Shown: positions 62,971 through 64,000 of the stretch, piece after piece
Layout: every line of letters starts with the position of its first letter
How positions within the stretch are numbered: position 1 is the stretch's first letter
DNA from: Octopus sinensis
Lineage: Eukaryota
DNA: 64,000 nucleotides
Direction: 5' to 3'
NCBI RefSeq assembly: GCF_006345805.1
Contig: NC_042999.1
Span: 143,840,001-143,904,000 of the forward strand
Notes under the pieces: model-generated
Told to the model about the DNA's origin: nothing
Database searches by the model: none
Seen by the model: the letters and a program-made list of their open reading frames with translations, nothing else
Program-made: the position numbers and the translations under genes

Positions 62971-64000
62971 TAGATACAAGGCCAGCAGTTTGGCGGGGGT
63001 GGTGGTTAGTCGATGCCATCGACTCCAGTACTGAATCAGTACTTTATCGTCTCCTGCAGAATGAAAGACAAAATTTATCTCTGCTGCGTTAGAACTAAGA
63101 ACGTACGAAACCGAAGGAAATAACGTAAGGTTGCCCGACAATTTTAATAATTACTTCTTTTAATAATTACTTCTAGCATAGGCAAAAGACCTGAAATTTA
63201 GAAGGGATTCCAATAATGAACTAATAATTTACTTTACATACCATGGAAGTGGGGGTGGGGGTAAAGGTGAAATCGGCGTGATTTGAACACCAGTTGTAAA
63301 GAGCTAGAACAAATACATCAAGGAGTTTTTTCAATGCTCTAGCAGACACATCTCAAGTCTTTAAAAGGATAATAAGGAACATAGCTCTCCCAGTACTTTA
63401 CCAACTCTCTGGCAACTATTGACCCCGGAGGATGAAAATAGAACATAGACTTTGATGTGATTTGAACCTCGAAACTAAAAAGACATAGTAAAATATAAAT
63501 TCCTGATACTCAAATTATTTGTCCACTACACCATCCCAACTCTAATAATAATAGTAATGACCAATAATCTTCCGATGCAGATAGTTTCACTGTTCTGTTC
63601 TATAAAATTAAATATATCTTATCATGTTCAATTACAATCTGTTTCAATATTTAAATAGAAATTCTGTTTTTGTTTCTTGTTTTGTTTTTTGTTTCAGTTT
63701 TTTTTTCGCAAAACGTATTTGTTTAAATAAAAAAGAAAAAATCGCAAAAACAAAAAAAGAAAGAAAGCAAGAGCTACACATTAATTGCCTTTATTCACTA
63801 ATTAAACTCGTCTTTCTTTCATTAACGGATCCTGGTTCACTGATTATATCAGCACATTAGCTATTTACGCATTTTTCTATTCATCTATATTCATAAAATT
63901 GCATTATTTAAGTTCGCGTGATATGTGAACTTAAAAATTAAGTTGAATAGTTTCAACCGTCGAGTTCATCTTACATTACACCTCCGCATGATTCTCAAAA

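Overview
This is AT-rich, microsatellite-dense animal genomic DNA. The SINE and LINE content suggests an octopus or other cephalopod genome (inference). There is a 100-N scaffold gap at 22694-22793. I found one host coding exon: the first coding exon (49157-49947, +) of a type II membrane M1 aminopeptidase (aminopeptidase N-like). It is followed by an intron of more than 14 kb, with no second exon recognisable in the window. Almost everything else is mobile-element debris: a dense cluster of R4/Dong-clade non-LTR retrotransposons in (TAA)n tracts (24.1-36.8 kb, including one 3.4 kb young copy), a Penelope-like element with a GIY-YIG endonuclease, L1-Tx1, RTE and CR1-like fragments, three mariner remnants, a probable hAT remnant, many tRNA-derived SINEs and several fold-back elements. 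The most notable signal is not in the ORF track: type I hammerhead ribozyme motifs from unrelated repeat families. Four are well formed (1855-1906, 6410-6460, 15481-15573, 57759-57864) and about five are degenerate. Three sit inside elements bounded by inverted repeats, and one well-formed motif lies sense-strand in the presumed aminopeptidase intron. All folds were read by eye; no folding, alignment or database search was run.
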